The translations under genes and the position numbers were made by a program. A stretch of DNA of 59,461 nucleotides. It comes from Dicyema japonicum. Its lineage: Eukaryota > Animalia > Dicyemida. The notes below the pieces were generated by a model. It ran no database searches. It saw only the letters and a program-made list of their open reading frames with translations, and was not told the DNA's origin. The stretch covers positions 598,874-658,334 of the forward strand of contig RDEW01000012.1 of assembly GCA_011109175.1 (NCBI GenBank), given 5' to 3'. Positions 11,953 to 24,565 of the stretch are shown here, piece after piece (the first letter of the stretch is position 1; each line of letters begins with the position of its first letter).

Positions 11953-12936
11953 TTAATTAGGAAAAGAATTTTGGCCTTCCTCAGATTGAGTAAAGCGGCA
12001 CAATCTGGAGTGAATAATCGAGGGATTGCCATAGTAGAAAATGTTTGGACGAACTTCTCTTCGAGGTACATATGGACCGGAAGAAAACATTTGGTGATTA
12101 AAATTATTGGGAGCACTTTTAAATGCATCATTTTTATACATCAATGTAGAACTGCTATTTTCTCTAAAAGACGGCCCATGTTTCGACAACGATAAATTGT
12201 CAAGTAGATCATCAATATGACATGACTCCGAAGTTTGTCCATTGTTATTTAATTTGCATGAATGATCATGGTCATTCAAATTTACTCTCTCCGATTTTTT
12301 AATTGTCTCTTGTTGATTTATTTCATCAGTATTGTAAATAATTAGAGTCATTAAATCATCAAAAAAGTATTTCCAGTTTTAATTCTCACATGTGTTTTGA
12401 TTTGGTCAAATGCCAACGTGACGTCGTTTTCAGATCCAGTAATTTCAAATATGGGATCTTTATCTCTGCTGGGTGTGACAATATAAGTTTCAGTGTCACA
12501 TTGTATTTTTTTAATGGTTGTACCTCGTTGTCCAACTACCAAACCAACAAATTCATAAGGAACTCTGACATAGCCTATTACATGTCCATTAGTGCTGCTG
12601 TATTTATTGCCTCGGAGGGCGGTAAAGTGAGCTGCAGCTGACTCAATTTCATTTACAGCATCATCGACATCATCCTCTCTACCGGTTACTGTGAAGACTG
12701 GGTCGGATTCTCTAACTGGTGTTTTTATGTACGTATTTGTCTTTGCACGAATAGCCTTTATTTTGGAACCTAAATATTAGTAAAATTAAGGTTCAAACCT
12801 TGCCTTCCAACAATTTCAGCGACATGCTCGGAACTTGGCACTGAAATAGTCCTAGTAACATTATGGCCATATGGAGGCAGTTCGGCTAATCGAGGGTCAG
12901 GAGTCTGCATAACAAAAACTGCCCGTTCAACGGCAT
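11953..12936 (-). CDS. mex-3: MEX-3 two-KH RNA-binding protein
   Basis: [15 protein letters not shown]|[17 protein letters not shown] (29-nt intron) and [43 protein letters not shown]. The C-terminal 132-aa ORF joins only through a 1-bp shift at the A6 run 12361-12366. Confidence 0.92.
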
Positions 12937-13449
12937 AAGTATATAAAAAGCAATATTGATCGGGGAAAGTAGACGTGGTACTGAGGGTACATCAACGCAA
13001 TAATCATTATTGATTTCTTATTATTTATTGGAAAATAAATTGAATGTCTATAGTTAATGTCTAATATATAGGTCATCAACAATAGTACTAAATTTAATGG
13101 ATATTCTCGCTGCGTCACATTTGAATGACTCAAGGCCATATCCAGTAATTATGAGTACAGATGCTCTTTTTAATGATCAAATCATTGTGTTTGACGCAAC
13201 GTGAAATTAAATTTTGCCTATAATTTAGAAAACATTCCACTTATCCAAAAAATTCAATTTTAGGTGGATTATTGATTTTAATTTTAATATTTGCAATTTT
13301 GTAATCAAATTTAATCCTCTAATTTGTATTAAAAGATTAACAGAAAATATCTGACAACTAAAGAACACTCTGCTTATGAAGAAACAGACAAATTCGTCCT
13401 AAGATTGCAGAAAAATCTAAAAATTTACCTCAGACTGCGTGAAAACGAA

Positions 13450-14560
13450 AGATTGTATTTTCCAAGGAATTTATTTGGGTGGGAATCCTGCTCAGTCTCT
13501 TTTAAGTTAGAAAAAATTGTTAGTGGAGTTTAAGAAGAACCTAATAAGACATCTACTCGGCAGTATTTAAGCCGTCAGAGTATATCACACTTCATAATGA
13601 AGGGTCGAATATTTTTGTGAATCGGAATATCATCACTCGATCTGAGTCAATTATCTTCTTCTTCAAGATAGAAATATGTTTTTTCGAGATGCTGACAAAA
13701 TCCTAACTTTATGTCTATGCGAAGAACAGTTGATTTTCTGGCACTAGGAATAAGTGGATACTGAACTCTGATTATACATGAAGATATGATGAAAATTTTC
13801 AATCTATACGTCTAAGCATATGCAGGAGGTTTGATTTAAAACGTCAAAGAAATTAAAGGCCATTCAATACAAACAATTGTATCTAATGAAATTTGAGTCG
13901 ATACCATTTTCCAGACTAAACTTAAAGTACAATGTAATAAACCAGATATATTGCTATTTAACTAAAAGATGAATGAAATCTAATTTATCAAACTGGGGAG
14001 TTACTTTTCTCGACAAGTTGAAATTTGTAGAAGTAGAGATATTTGATAGTGAACTAAAAATAATTCACAAGCAGTCATGATTTTATTGATTTTTCTACCC
14101 GTGATGACTTAATACCGTCATTTTTTTAAAAAAGTACATGAAAATGCTCAAAATACAATGCAGCTCATTTGCTCATAATCCAGATGGTGTTAACTTTCCG
14201 ACCAAAATCGAGTGCTTCCGGGTTGAATCTCGCTGTTGTACAATCGGTTGAAGTTTTCACGTATTTCGATCTTCTGGGTTGACTAGTAACGATTTAAAGA
14301 CATAATAAATTGTTAAGAAGTAAATCACTAATCAACATATTGAAGAAAATTTATTTGTTAGGTCCTCCATAATTTTGTACTTTAATCCATCTTGTCCTGA
14401 TTGATGTTTACATACAATCAAAGCTCTTATGGTACATCGAAACTGATAAGACTTTTTATAGTATACAAATCGTTCTGAAATAGATTGGATACTGTGTCAT
14501 TTGCAAATGCACGTGGATTAGAATTTTTGTCATAATCGTGTAACTTACTAACTTTAGGCA
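13450..14560 (-). mobile_element. Possible highly decayed CR1/L2-type LINE
   Basis: Only weak fragments such as FFNMLISDLL across broken frames. Confidence 0.25.
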
Positions 14561-14599
14561 ATTATAATGTTACATCTCTGTATATCATTATTTTGACTG

Positions 14600-15175
14600 C
14601 AATGGGGATTCATATGAGGTAATAGAGAATAAAATCAAATTAATCGTATTTAACGTCAAAAATTAATAGACCACCATTCTGAAAGGTCGTAGAATGTGGA
14701 GAATGTCAAACGGTTCTTATCCAGAACTTGTACTAAGAGCCACCACAACAGGTGAACCGCATGACGCCAAGCCAATTAAAACGCTATTACCCCATTCTCT
14801 CATGTGGACTGCATATCCGGATTGTATAGTAAGTTAATCGTTCGAATAATTGAATATGCCTATCCCATCTGGAGACAGACGGAGAACTAAACGTTTTCAT
14901 CCTACACTATTACAACCCACTTATAGCTCTCCTTTCATAAGAGTCCATGGGGAACCATGGTCGCGGATTCCTGTGTTTTTGTATAGAACCAGGAAGCCTA
15001 TTAAGGGATGCGATTGCTCGAACAGAGGAATATATCCTACCTAATGAAATATATCCCGATCGAGTTCCTTTTTAGGTATTTGCGGAAACTAGACCGTTGA
15101 CAGTTGGGATATTGGAAGATCACGTAAGGAGGATCCAAGAATTAATATAGACTCGGATCACTTAATTAGTGTTTT
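14600..15175 (+). mobile_element. Decayed I/Jockey-type LINE 3' region
   Basis: LYSKLIVRIIEYAYPIW; ends in ggatcacttaattagt, as does the 29.5-kb LINE fragment. Confidence 0.5.
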
Positions 15176-15859
15176 TTAATTTCATGATGATCTTCGAGTT
15201 CTCAGATGAATAAGCTTAAAAAGGTTTGTCCAGATATTTTAAAGTCTGGCATATGCCACTACAATAACGCATTACGTTGGTAAGTGGTAAATAAGGTCTG
15301 TCAGGGCCGCTGTATTAATTTTTTATTTTATTTTGTATTAATAATAAAGATAATAAAGATCAATAACCATGTTAAACAGAATCAGATGCTCATTGCGAAA
15401 AGGAAAAATGATAGAAGAGAAAGGAACCGGATAATTGAGCACATTTCCTTGCAAATCATCAGGGGATCAATTATGAGAACAGCCAGTGATTGATAACTGT
15501 TAATTTTTGTCTTTAATTGGGTTAATAAATTTAAAAATGGGTCAAGTACTGTAACGTTTATTTTAGTGTGACCGTAATGGAATTTTAGGATGGATTTGGT
15601 CGGCACAAACAGACGTTCTTCCTTGGGTTCCTTTCTTGGATTAATTAGTTGTGAAAAAACACCACCAGCCCCACTAGATCTAAGCAAGACGAAAATTGAG
15701 AAGCACCACAGGTGATATACGACCTGATATTTCATGATTCCTAGGAAGCAGCAGTTCTAGTTCGGACGGCCTACGTCCGAGCCATATTAAGGACCTTACT
15801 TCTGTCACGACCCTGATATGGGGAACTCCCTGATCAATTCAATGAAAGCTCTTACTGAC

Positions 15860-17900
15860 CATACTTTTCGAGCAGAGATTTCTGACTATCCCCGAGAACT
15901 CCTGTTTGCATCAAAATTAATTACCTTCAGAAAGCCTTGTGGTGGGTCGCTATAGACAATATACTCAGACGTCTGTCGTCGAAGATTGCTGCCAAAGCAG
16001 CTTACAAAACTCAAGAGCAAAAAAATTACTGGAAAAATATACAGATAAAGAAATTGCCCCAGAGCACTCGAGTCTATCATAGAGGCAACTGGAGGCAATT
16101 TCAGAAAAGGAAAGGAAAAGACCCCCGTCCGTATAGAAAATGCGTGGGATCACGGTCGGAGCATCGAGAAAAAATGGCCCGATTATTGAGAGATCAATCA
16201 CCGAATATTAGTTATTGGTTAAGACGGTGTTTCTTTGGCTTAAATAATAATAATAATAAAGTCCCGAATTGAGCCCTATTCAATGGGATTCCTCATAGAT
16301 GTGAAGCGGCAATTCATTCAATCCGAAATTTCATTACCAGTCTCTCTGACACTCAGAATAATAGTTAAACTGGACATCCGAAATACTTTCAATAGCATTC
16401 GCAGAGATCGAATCATAGAGACAAGTGTTTCCAAGATCCCGGAGATTAGAAATGGTAAAACTTTCATATGGTTTCTCATGCACGCTGATTTTCTGACAAC
16501 AAACCCTAGAATCCGAGACTGAAGTCCAACAGGGTGATCCCCTACTCTTCGTCTTGGGCATGAATTCACAGTTTTAGCGATCAGAGATCCAATTCTACAG
16601 TTTCGATTCTACAGTTTTAGGTACCTGGATGACGCGGCTATTAAAGAAACTGGGAAATTGCGGTGGCAGAGGTCAAGTCTCCCATCTCTGCTCTTGTATC
16701 ACTTGGACTTGAGTCGAATTCGTCAAAATGAGAAGTCATTATCGTCGCTTGTGAAGAGGACGACTTCAACCAAGCACTGGCTATGATTTCAACTTACTTC
16801 TCAGTCACCGAAATCGAAAATGAAATTTTCCTCTGCTCTCTTCTATATGAAAAAATATAAGTCTCCTGCAAAAGAAATATATGCACCTGTTCGACTATTC
16901 TAGTTTAACTTAAATCTTGATTTTCACATGACGCTATTTTTCCTCAGGAATTTCCATTTCACGCCTCGTTTCCTTTTTTCTACAGACAGCCCCTTATTTC
17001 ACGGACATGGACTTTCTAAGACCTATCGATGAGAGGCTATAGACATCCGTAAAAGAAACATTTAATATTTCATTTGATCTTCTACTTGTTTTGTGCTCCA
17101 AATTTTACGCTACATTAAAGGATCTTACTGTGAACTAGTTGATGCGCGACTTAGAAGTTTGGACGCGTACAAAGTGTGGGATTACCGAAGAATGCTCATA
17201 AACAACGAGACTGGGATAAACTTTCATGCTCAAAGCTATATGAGATAAAACATGATCTTTACAAACATCGTCTGGCATGCTTAGCTTCTGCCTCGACTAA
17301 CGAATGTGATCCATGGCTCATAGATTTCCCATGCACTCACTTGGGGCACTATTTGAATTGAGGTTTGCGTCCGCCTTGGAGTGGATGTTTACATGACCCA
17401 TCGCTGTAGATGTGGAAGAATGGTCAACGCTAAAAGTTTTCACGCTCTCTCTTGCCAGAGAAGTGCTGGAAGAAATCCAAGACACAGAACAATCAACGGA
17501 GTTATTGCGTTAGGATTGGAAGCGACTAGATTTCTTGTCCAGTCGGTCTCAGCCAAAAAGGCTTGACGGGAGAACTTTTTTCTCATGGGAAAGTTGTAAA
17601 TACCTCACCTGGTACGTCACCTGTGTGGATAGCCTCTCTCCCTCTAACCTTGATATGACAGCAATCATCCGAGCTCAGCTTCAGAAAAGGCTGAGACCCT
17701 AAAGAAGTGGAAATACGAATGTCTGTGAACAGTTCATTTTTGAACCAGTGGCCGTGGTAACATCAGAACTCATAGGAAGCAGACCACTGACCCTGGTAAC
17801 CAAATCGGATCGCTTAAGCAAAAGGGGCAAAAGAGAAAGGAGCTGACTCATTGAGCCAATATCCATCAGGAAAAATGCATTCTCAATTCTGAGAGCAGCC
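15860..17900 (+). mobile_element. Older CRE-type retrotransposon (RT to endonuclease), decayed
   Basis: IDNILRRLSSKIAAKAA, CEAAIHSIRNF, KLDIRNTFNSIRR, YLDD, CRCG..HALSC..GRNPRH and TWYVTCVD motifs. Confidence 0.85.
16003..16260 (+). mobile_element. Short RTE-like LINE 3' fragment nested in the CRE element
   Basis: Interrupts the CRE RT frame; contains a KERKRPP-like C-terminus and ends in (TAA)n at about 16243-16259. Confidence 0.6.
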
Positions 17901-18160
17901 AGTAGTTGTTAACCGTTTTTTATTAATAAAATTTCCTATTTGAAAAAATTAAAAAAAATTAACAAAGTTTATTTTAATAGGTCTGTGATTATAAAAAGCG
18001 TGGACTTTGATCGCATAGTGAAAGCAAATATTTTAAAGAAATTAATAGATTTGTGGAATTAAATCATTTAAAGGGATTAATTTAAGATAAAAATGTTAAA
18101 CAAATAGTTAGTCTAAAAGTTGAAGTAATTTCACACCTTTAATGCACAAAATATCTAGAT

Positions 18161-19218
18161 CAGGCATGTCAAACTCAAATAGCTCCAGTAAAAAAATACT
18201 GTAGTTCAAATTTTTCTTAAAATACCCGTTATTCTTCTTCAAGTTTCCTTTTCTTCTTAGCATGAAGATACTATTTTTAATTTAAATTCATTTACCTCTG
18301 ATACACCGAGAATGAATTTAAAAGTAAACAACTAGTAAACCCCTCCAGTGGAGTGGGGAAGAGAAAATGATCCTTTTTCGTGTCAGCCTGGCACTGAGTG
18401 CCACCTGAGACAGGTGAATCACATGACGCCACTCTAATAGGAAGAGAAAGAGGAGGAATAGACAAACAAACAGAAAACTTAACCAATTAACCACGTAACA
18501 CCACATGTCGCCACGCGGCGGTTAAATAATAATAATGCACATTTGCAACAACAAGAGTGTAATACACATTCGTATCAATTGACGTCGCTTATGCCGCACC
18601 CCGGATAATCTTTGTCGTCAGACGCCTCCACGCTCCTCTTGAGATTGCGTTTTTTGGAGGTCGTCTTTCTGGTTGAGGTGGTGACGTCTCTTTTTTGCAC
18701 TATGTCTAATAAACACCCTGGAGAACTCGTGCTACGCGGCGGTTTAGTCAAAAATTAAATAGTAAATATTTAAACGATTTAGTTATAAATTAAATAGTCC
18801 ATTCTAAATGGGGTCAGTTTGGCAGTGTTTTATAAAGACAATATAATAACCACGATTTCACAAGATACAATTTATTATTGTTTTAAAATTTGTTAAACTT
18901 AACGCCAATAAATAAAACAATTTAGTATCATGTTATGGACGTATGGCGCATACTACCAAAACACGTGGAAGTACTCTCCTTGTAAGACAGTATTGTTGTT
19001 CTGGGAACATTCGTTTTATAAGGGCAGCGTAAAGTTTAAGCATATGAATGTCTGTCTTCTGATCGTGAGAACGCCATAACCGTGGCATTTCAATTTGACT
19101 CCATTGACAGAAATCCTCTTTTTTCTCAGGTAGTCTCATTTTAATGACGAGAGGATAAGCGCCGATGTCGTCGACTATACAACAATCCTTTATGCGGGCC
19201 GCGTGTTTGACATGCCTG
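18161..19218. mobile_element. Non-autonomous hAT (Charlie-type) element
   Basis: 14-bp TIR caggcatgtcaaac/gtttgacatgcctg; 8-bp TSD atctagat (18153-18160) and gtctagat (19219-19226), matching the NTCTAGAN consensus. Confidence 0.9.
18285..18522 (-). mobile_element. SINE-like family B, copy 2 (internally deleted), nested in the hAT
   Basis: Shares its head, structured core and 3' stem with the other copies. Confidence 0.85.
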
Positions 19219-19448
19219 GTCTAGATCACTTTCTAACAGATGAAAGACTTTGTCTACTATCTTGAAATGATGGATTCGTGAAACGTCAGAATCCTAGATT
19301 ATCCGTCTTAAGTCGCAAGTATGATATGATAGTTAATATGATTTTGCGTGTGTTGCTAAAAATAATGAAATATAAGATCCAAATGATGCAAATTTATGAT
19401 AGATAATACACCATACTATAAAATGTATTTTATTTGCGATATCTAATT

Positions 19449-20717
19449 ATGGAGAACAAAAATACCAATAACAATGAATTACGCACAGTAATGATAGACA
19501 TAACGCAATCAAATTACCAATTCGATATGTTAATGTAAGTCGTATTGGAAATGGAGCCTTTGGGACTGTTTAGTAATAATATATAATAATTTAATAGTAT
19601 GGCGTTTGATAAAACCGAAGAAAAATACATTGCATTAAAAAAACTCAAATCTCCTTTTTCAACAACTATACATGCCAAGCGTGCGTGCCGTGAAATTATG
19701 ATAATGAAACATATGAAGCACGAGAATGTAATTGAATTAAAAGACTTGTTCACAACCAACATGTGCTATGATACATTCGAAGATATGTAAGTTATTTTAA
19801 CCAATTCGCTAGATATTTGGTGATGCCTTTAATGGATAGTGATTTGAGAATAACTATGAAGCTTCAAATTCTCGACATGGATCAAATTTGCCTCATATTA
19901 TACCAAATATTGTGTGGAATTCAAGTTTTATTAATTTATAATAAATAGTACATTCATTCTGCAGGAATAATTCACAGAGTATGTTAAGATCTAATTTTTT
20001 TCAGGATTTGAAACCAGAGAACATTGGAATAAATGAAAACTGTGATATCAAGATTATGGACTTTGGATTAGCAAGAAGGGTAAACAAGTTCCATCAAACA
20101 GAATATGTCGTCACCAGATGGTATCGTGCTCCTGAGATCATTTTTAAATGGAAACAATGGAATGAGACAGGTATATTGTTTATTAAAGCTATAGTTGACA
20201 TGTGGTCCATTGGTTGTATTTTTGCAGAAATGATAAAAGGTCATCCGATCTTTCCTGGAAAAAACCGTAACTTTTTATAATGTTTGAGATGTAAATCAAT
20301 TTCAAAAAATAGTGGAATTCATCGGAACTCCATCAATTGAATTTATAAATAAATTAAATTCGAATGATAGAAAATTTATATTATCCCAAAGGCATCACAA
20401 AAAAGTTGACTTTGCAAAATATTTTTTTCAGGCAACTGAAGAAGGTATAATTTTAAAGAGATTTCTTAGCTGTTGATCTCTTAGAGCAGATGTTAGAGTT
20501 TGACGTTGATATTCGTATTACTCCGAGTTGTGCTCTGAAACACTCATTCTTTTTACAGTATAAAGGATCATCTGAAAATATCTCTTCTCAGAAACTTAAG
20601 GTAGATTTTGACTTGGATAATACAAAATCAATTGAATGCTACAAAAGTATTCGTTTTATTTGATATTAAGAAAAAATATATTCTATAATTCAAAATAAAC
20701 CTAAAAATGACTTATAA
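19449..20717 (+). CDS. p38: p38-like MAP kinase with TEY activation motif
   Basis: [55 protein letters not shown] and VDMWSIGC. Eight downstream introns of 22-26 nt. The first exon is ambiguous (ATG 19449 with a 1-bp shift, or ATG 19396 with a 64-nt intron). Confidence 0.92.
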
Positions 20718-20799
20718 AATAAACATAACGATTTGTTAATAAAATAATTTTAAAATATAAGAGGGTGGACGATATCGTTTCCCTTTCGTAATCGAATTC

Positions 20800-20880
20800 G
20801 TGTATAAATGTGATGAAAAACGGCCAAATGGAATTACCATCTTTCCTTTAGTGGCTGGGAAGCCCCTAGTCTGAAATGTC
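20800..20880 (+). mobile_element. Tiny CRE-type endonuclease fragment
   Basis: CDEKRPNGITIFPLVAGKPLV resembles GKRPDGMTIFPFEAGKPLV of the 4.7-5.5 kb element. Confidence 0.6.
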
Positions 20881-22352
20881 AGAATTTTCCTATAAGTACT
20901 ACTAATGCTTATTCACCCGCAGGGAAAATTGAAGCATTAAAATGCCGGAAGCATACTGACCTCCATTGGGATAGAACGTATGTTCCTCTCGCAATGGAAA
21001 CCTTCTGAATCCTCATATATTCGTCATAAACTTTCCTAAAAACCTGGAAATCTATCTCAGCCTGTTCATGGGATCTCAACCACGAATGTCAGCAAAGTAA
21101 ATTATAAATTATCTTATTTCCAAGTCAGTTTCCTGGTTCCCAAATGGGTTTAAAAGAAAAACACCACAAGGCTTTTAGTTGGATTAAGCAGATTTTCTCT
21201 ACTCGAAGATGGAAGAGCAAACCTCTTAACAAAACAAGCGTATTTTATCATCAGAGCAATGATCTAGTGGTACAGTTTGCCTATGTAGGCTGCTGAGAAG
21301 GATCTTATTTACAATTTTTAACACATTTTACTTCCTAATTCTCTTATTCAAGATTACGTTAGTGTAATGTTTGAAAGTTATTGGCGTAAGCAACACCGAG
21401 GATATTCTGACATCTTGGAGCAGGGTTATGGAGATTACCAATGAATATTTGAGGTCGTCTCTTAACTTTCTATATAAAGTGAATAGTTTAGATCGTGAAT
21501 AAAAGATGATAGTTTATTTGCACATACCAGCCATAAACTCTATTATGGTATGACTGAACCTCCGTGGTATCAGTAGAAGGAGATCTATCCCGATTTACGA
21601 TGATTAGATCGTCTGCATAAGATCAACACATTTGAATAATCAATTTTTGAATATCATGCAGAAATATGTTGAACAGTATGGACGACAGTAGGCAGCCTTA
21701 TGGAACTGTATTTGGTAGATGAATATAAATCTTTTAACCTGTCCCAAACCCAAAATCACAGATGGACAAGAAAGACACGTGTGACTAGTAATGAAGTAAT
21801 AAGTTGTCTACATTAATTAGAGTGAGGAAGGTGTTATGGGGCGTGATTTCTGCTCTCCAATATTTTAGATGTAAAGCGCGACCAACCAAGCTACTCCATT
21901 TGTGCATATGGTTTGCCAGAATTCTTTCAATTGAAGGCTCGTAGAAAAGAAACCGAATCTTTGTCTTGCATTCGGGTTCTTTTTAAAGATTTTTTGATGA
22001 TGACCAGGATGTGCGAGATTGAAACTCTTGTAAGATAATAAGAAGATAAAGAGCTTATTTGATTTAAAAATCGTTAATTTCTTTGTTGTTGTGTCGATGG
22101 AAAACTTCCAAATCAAATAATTTGTCGTCCTCACACAGGGTGGAACATGGTAGTTCGCTTTCGAATAAATTTTGAATCTAACAGAAATCTTCTGAGCTTT
22201 ATCACAATCGTATTATGATCGCTTGAGAAACCATATAGGACATTCCATGAAAAATACTCGCCAAAAGATGAAACATATAACGATATATCTGGGAAAGTGG
22301 GACTATTACTCATTTTAATGAATTTTAATTCATTCATAATCAAATTACTCAT
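20880..22352 (-). mobile_element. Decayed I/Jockey-type LINE (APE end to RT start)
   Basis: SPTF...WNVLYGFSSDHNTI (APE) followed by broken RT-like frames. Confidence 0.5.
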
Positions 22353-22593
22353 AAGAATTTTTATGAATAATTAATGGTACATAAAATTGCTAAACAAGCA
22401 TAAAGAACTTTTCATTCTAGCCTTCATCAAAGATAGATTTTCTCATTTCAGTCAAAAAAGTTAGAATCCACTGAAAATTTCAAATTAAATTTTAATATAC
22501 ACAAGCCTTCGCCCTAAATTTCCTAACTAAAAGACTTGAAAGAGATGAAATAATATCATGAATCTAAAAAAGAAGATATAAAAAATTACATAA

Positions 22594-23424
22594 ATGCTTA
22601 CTAAAATTAAATTTAATATTAATAATATTTTTAAATTTGAATTAATGAGACAGCATGCAATTGTGTCAAAATATCGGCAGTTAGTAATTTCAAAAAATAT
22701 TATATTTTACGATAAGAAAGTGAATCATTTATTGAGGAAGAGCCTTCTATTATTCTTTCCCTGGGTATCATCAAATACATCATCTCACTACAGTTATTTC
22801 AAATTATACCAAAATATAAATTGTGATATCCTATCAGTTCAGGGAGGAGCTCTTAATTTGTTAAGCCAAAGAAACAATGTGAACCTGACCAACCAGGTCA
22901 ATGATTTTTTGAATGAGAATTATCAAAAATATGATAAGATCTTTGTACACACATTTTCAATTGGGGCCTTTGTGTATATTTCATGGTTTTTGCATCATTA
23001 CAATAAATTGAAGGAAAATTGTGTGATTTCTGGACAAATCTTTGATAGTGTCGCTTGTGGGAATTCTAATAATTTGGCAATGGGATTATCTATTAGCTCA
23101 TCACCTTTTCCAACTGTTCGTTCACTGGTCTACTATTCTATTATGTTTTCTCTGAACACGACAAATATTATTAAACGCGTCGATAAGCTCTCCTATGATT
23201 TTTCGATTTACAAAAATAATGTGCCCAGTCTGTTTTTCTATTCTTTCGATGACCCAATGTGCGATCACACATATTTGGAATTTTTTATTCAACAACTGAA
23301 GAATAACGCGTTTGTTAAGACTGTTCATTGGGGTCATTCAAGCCACGCAGCTCATCTTTCCAGACATCCTAAAGAATATATGTATGCCCACAGAGAATTT
23401 ATTAAATTTTGTAATTTTGTTTAA
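22594..23424 (+). CDS. TMEM53: TMEM53/DUF829 alpha-beta hydrolase-like protein, single exon
   Basis: 276-aa ORF with LLFFPWV, VHTFSIG, GQIFDS, PSLFFYSFDD and SSHAAHLSRHPKEY motifs. Confidence 0.85.
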   Translation: MLTKIKFNINNIFKFELMRQHAIVSKYRQLVISKNIIFYDKKVNHLLRKSLLLFFPWVSSNTSSHYSYFKLYQNINCDILSVQGGALNLLSQRNNVNLTNQVNDFLNENYQKYDKIFVHTFSIGAFVYISWFLHHYNKLKENCVISGQIFDSVACGNSNNLAMGLSISSSPFPTVRSLVYYSIMFSLNTTNIIKRVDKLSYDFSIYKNNVPSLFFYSFDDPMCDHTYLEFFIQQLKNNAFVKTVHWGHSSHAAHLSRHPKEYMYAHREFIKFCNFV

Positions 23425-23495
23425 TTTTCTATTAAAAAACCTTAAATTTATTGTGTTGAATTATTTTAAAAAATTAAAATAATAAATAGTGTTAA

Positions 23496-24565
23496 TTATT
23501 CTCGAATATCATTATAGTCCTTTTTGAAAAATTTAACAAAGTTTTTCATGATTAACTAAAAATAAAATAAATAAAAACAATAAGCCAATAAACATGCATG
23601 AATGCAAGTATTGTACAAAAAATTGTTATATAATGTTGAACCGACTTGAACTCGATAGGCCAATCATTGATTATTGGTAAACTATAATAACTCAATATTA
23701 TCTTTGGAAATAATATGTTTCTGAGTAGAATCCTAAAAAGTAGTTAAACAAGATCAACCACATTATAGTGAATAATATATAGAATGAGTTTTGCATAAAA
23801 ACGAAAAATGATTTGAAAGGAGAATCAATTTTTCCAAGGTAATTAAATATTTTGGTTATTCCTAATAATATATCAGTAGAGTCGTGTATAAATAGAATTA
23901 CTATTCCGGCCAATTGAGTTCTGACACTAATTTACTGAAAAGCTACCCTAACAAATCGGAAGCATAAATCAAGAAGATAGTGCATATATGATGGAGAACT
24001 AACAAATAGAAATCAGAACGCTTAGTTTCAGCATAAAATGATATCCACACAGAACTCAGGCAGTAAGACATCCGAATCATATATAATGCTGATACTTCAA
24101 GAGGTATTTTGTATATCGTATATGGGTAATCTTTAAATATATAAAACCGATACTTGCCAATGCCGTTATTGGATCATATAAATGAATCGAATTTTCGGGT
24201 TTTAGAGTCAAAAATAATACAAATGGATAGATCATAGATAAAAACAACGTTTTTGTTACGTTTTCAGCTATTTTCTTAGACAAATCACATTTTACTTTAT
24301 AGTGGATATTCAATATGTTCTATATATTAGTTATAATGTAACTATTAAACGATTCATAAACCGAATTCTTAATAAAATCCACAAACAAAAAATAAAATAA
24401 GCAAAGAAGTTTTGATTTTGTATATTTGTTGTTTTGACGACCAAAAACAAAAGTAACATTATGAATCAAAGACGATAATCTGAACTGACCATTCTCAAAC
24501 ATATCTCTGAAACTTTTTATAACGTTATAGATCAAATCAAGCGTTGTGGGATTAACTGTTCTCAT
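23496..24565 (-). CDS. CERS1: Ceramide synthase (TLC/Lag1 domain, CerS1-like, no Hox domain)
   Basis: KRSDFYLLVLHHICT, GIVILFIHDSTDILL, MHVYW and a terminal DIRE. Two junctions (~24390, ~23650) need either a 1-bp shift or an unusual intron. Confidence 0.85.

Noticed and set aside
15382-15735. 117-aa hydrophobic ORF as a membrane protein or mitochondrial insert
   Set aside because: It overlaps a LINE APE remnant shared with 10.7-10.9 kb and 47.5 kb, and no mitochondrial protein motif is recognisable.
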